Shown here one piece after another: positions 60,795 through 64,000 of a stretch of DNA of 64,000 nt. Source of the DNA: Scyliorhinus canicula. Taxonomy: Eukaryota. Within the stretch, counting starts at the first letter, position 1. Each line of letters opens with the position of its first letter. Below the pieces are notes generated by a model. It searched no databases. It saw nothing but the letters and a program-made list of their open reading frames with translations, and was not told the origin of the DNA. The position numbers and the translations under genes are program-made. The stretch spans positions 132,432,407-132,496,406 of the forward strand of contig NC_052156.1 of assembly GCF_902713615.1 (NCBI RefSeq), read 5' to 3'.

Positions 60795-61470
60795 AAGCCT
60801 TTAAGCCCTTCGAACCTGCACTGCCATTCATTATGGTCACGGTTGATCATCAAGTTCAATACCCTGATCTTACCTTCCCCCAAATATCCCTTGATCACTT
60901 TAGCCCCAAGAGCTATGTCTAATTCCTTCTTGAAACTACAAAATGTTTTGACCTCAACTACTTTATGTGGTAGTGAATTCCACAGCTCTCTAGGTGAGGA
61001 AATTTCTTGCCACCTCAGTCCTAAAAGGTTTCCCCGTTATCCTCAAACTATGACCCCTAGTTCTGGACTCTCCCACCATCAGGAACAATATTTCTGAATC
61101 TACCCTATCTAATCCTGTTAGAATTTTACAAGTTTCTATGAGATCCCTTCTCACTCATCTAAACGCCAATGAACATCATCCGAACTGACTTAGTCTGTCC
61201 TCATATGACAGTCCCGCCATCCCAGGAATATGCCAGGTAAACCTTTGCTGCACTCCCCCATAGCAAGAGCATCTTTCTTCAGATAAGGACACCAAAACTG
61301 TGCACAATTCTCCAGGTGTGGCCTTACCAATGCCTTATACAATTGCAGTAAAACATCTCTATTCCAATATTCAAATCTTCTCGCTTGGAAGGCCAACATA
61401 CCATTTGCCTTCTTTACTCCCTGCTATGCTTGCACGCTTACTTTCAGTGACTGATGCACGACGACACCGA
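60795..61470 (-). mobile_element. CR1 LINE 3' end, opposite orientation
   Basis: MLAFQARRFEYWNRDVLLQLYKALVRPHLENCAQFWCPYLKKD. Confidence 0.85.
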
Positions 61471-62374
61471 GGTATATTTTTTGCTCTTTCCTTTCACTCA
61501 GTTTAACAAAAAATGTCTTTTTTCTTCTCTACCCTTAGCTCAGAAAATGGTCTTAAAGTCAATCAAGCCAGGAGTTCCTTCATTGGCATCCCTGGTGTGT
61601 CCATTGCAGCTCCTCGCCTCTTCTTCCTCCACTTCTCTTTTCTTCACCCTCTCTTCTTTCATTCATCTCATTCCAGTTTGTGGGTGCTTCTGTGTAAATT
61701 CATTGCTACATTTTCCAACGTAACAACACTTCGAAAATAATGAAGTGATTGGGAATATTCTGAGGAGATGAAAGGCGCAATTTTCAGAAAATAGATATTT
61801 TTTAAGTTACAATTTCCTGTCCCTGTTTGAGAAGAATTGCACACTGTACAAAATAAGTAGGGATGTGCTGTGCAAGTCTGCACATTTTCTTGGCCACAAC
61901 TTATCCCTTCCACAATGTGACACCATCAGTCACAAGAAATGGAAAATACACTGCATCACGAATGATTGAAGTCCAGACGGGTGACAGGAGGTCAGGCATA
62001 TTGGGCGGTATCTTCCATTCTGGAGCAGAAATTGGGTGGCGTGAGTGAAAGTGAGAGTGATTTCTGCTCGGGGTGGCATGGAGGGGGACGGACGGCTAGC
62101 CACACACACTTTTGTGCTGTTCAACCTATTACTTATGCACGTGCAAGGGGCTCAGTTTATAATCGCAGCAGAGCGTACACAAAGTCACTTTTCTCGCCCT
62201 TATCTCAGGGTGTCAGAGGTCCTGGCACCAAATCTAAAGAGCAGCTAGGTAGGCTTTCATTCACTGCAAGCCTGATGTTCTGGACTATATGTCCATAATG
62301 TCCCAGGGCAGACAACCTCCCCCCCCCCCCCCCCCCCCCCCCCCCCCACACACCCCACCAACCTGCCCCCATAG

Positions 62375-63800
62375 GTTCTCCTCAAGGCTGTGTAGGAAAG
62401 ACGGGGAATCCTGTTTCTCAGATGAACTGGAGACCATCCCAACTGAACACAGCAACCTGGCTGGAGGTTGCAGTGGAGGTTAGCACCTATGAGGCACACA
62501 AACAAAACACCCAGCAGGAATAGGAGGAATGATCTGCTGTGTTCCCCCAGGGTAAGTGGCACCATCTACTCACTTCAAAGTAACAATCATTTTTTATTTT
62601 TTTTAAAAGTAAATTTAGAGTACCCAATTATTTTTTCCAATTAAGGGGCAATTTAGCGTGGCCAATCCACCTATCCTGCACATCTTTTGGGTTGTGGGGG
62701 TGAACCCACGCAGACACGGGGAGAATGTGCAAACTCCTCACGGACAGTGACCCAGAGCCGGGATTCGAACCCGGGTCCTCAGCATCGTAGACAGCAATGA
62801 TAACCACTGTGCTACCGTGCTGCCCTAAAGTAACAATCATAAGGGTATCAGGCAGTGCAAGTGTGTGAGTGCAGAGTGGTGCCAGACAAGAGTTTGGCTT
62901 GCAGGACTCAGCAGCAGAAGGGACATGTGTGATGAATGTATGGAAGCCACTTCATGCTCTCAATGTTCTAAAAACTGCTGGATATCCTGCTTGTTAACCA
63001 CAAACTGGGGAGGGCGCAGGAGCTGGTATTAGCATGCATACTTCTAAACTGCTCATGCATCCATTGGGATGACACTCACTCCTTCTGTCTGTCTGTAGGA
63101 CAAGAACTCGCACAACAGGAAGGAGCTGGCCAAGACAGATGGTGGCAAACAGGATATCAGAGTGCTCAGCACCTTTGTTGTGGAGGCTGGCAAACAGGCC
63201 AAGGAGAGCTGGAACTGTCAAATGCGTTGACAGCGTGAGACATTGTTTGGATAAGGGAACCTGCTTAGACATCCACTAAATCTTTCCCTTCTGCATTCCA
63301 GGTACCAGCAATAAAAGGGAAAGGGGGGAAAGAAGGGAGCCCACCTCCAACCCCACCTCTGAGAATGATGCCTCAGAATCCTTACAGGATGCATTGCCAC
63401 GGCGTTCACCTGCACCCTCCACTATGACAGACACATTCAACTTGGTGGGTGCACATTCTACAGGAGGCTTGGGGTCACAATCTGGTGAGCACCTCTCAGA
63501 AGGGGGATCATAGCTGGCGGAGGCAGTGACAGCCAAGGTCCCTGACACTCACAGGACTGCTGGAGACCAGGGCCCTGCTGAGCCCACACAGATGATAAGC
63601 CTTTGGGCTCAGCCATTAGAGTCATGTTGGAGATGCAGCAAACAGGCAGGTGAACAACAGGCATAGATGCCAGAGGCCATGTGCAGACTGGGCCAAAGGC
63701 TGCAGAAGTCTATCCACATTCTGTCTGCTGTCATGGTTCCAGCATGTGACAGCTTGGAAAGAGTGGTGGCTCCTTGGAGACCCAGGTCCACCACAACACA
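62375..63800 (+). pseudogene. Harbinger Myb/SANT-like gene fossil, multi-exon
   Basis: VLLKAV*ERRGILF...ATWLEVAVEVS...NDLL..R|GTAAGT (donor at about 62552); acceptor CTGTAG, then DKNSHNRKELAKTDGG. Downstream sequence is homologous to 34240-34330(-). Confidence 0.7.
62591..62825 (-). mobile_element. Short A-tailed V-SINE (family A)
   Basis: Perfect 14-bp TSD AAAGTAACAATCAT (62577-62590 / 62827-62840) and a T-run tail on the + strand. Confidence 0.9.
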
Positions 63801-64000
63801 CTGTTGTCACTCCATACCATTTAAGGATGCCTGCCAAATTCATCTGAGTCAGCAGGCTGCCTCCATCTCAGCAATGGTTGCAGGGTGTTTCAAAAGATGT
63901 TTTGAAGGCAGATTGATGGCACGGGTGGGTGTACAACCATTTTGTATTGTAAATATATATTCACTTGCATTTTTTAGATTAAGTATCGCAAATTGGGCAG

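Overview
This is eukaryotic (vertebrate) DNA, not prokaryotic. The repeat content (V-SINE/HE1-type SINEs with CR1 tails, DeuSINE, CR1, Rex/Babar, RTE, Penelope and GC-rich Harbinger MITEs) points to a cartilaginous fish, probably a shark; a catshark-like lineage is my guess. The window is transposon-dense intergenic or intronic sequence, and I could not identify a host protein-coding gene. Only a few isolated exon-like segments and enhancer-like AT-rich blocks fall outside repeats. Most ORFs in the track are spurious or decayed TE fragments. The main structures are: (1) a young L1 at 23041-25980 with intact 5' UTR, ORF1 and APE endonuclease, cut at its 3' end before the RT; (2) a decayed two-gene Harbinger transposon at about 29656-37700, whose Myb gene is interrupted by a 2563-bp Gypsy-type LTR element that encodes only Gag and protease; (3) three further Harbinger gene fossils and a family of CpG-rich, hairpin-rich Harbinger MITEs; (4) tRNA-derived SINE families whose tails and TSDs suggest three different LINE partners; (5) a Tigger4-like MITE with a 25-bp NRF1-motif minisatellite, next to an 84-nt near-perfect hairpin; (6) a solo LTR and a Penelope fragment nested in a DeuSINE. 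There is no CRISPR array, rRNA or genuine tRNA gene. Family names come from recognising motifs by eye, not from database searches, and boundaries of decayed elements are approximate.
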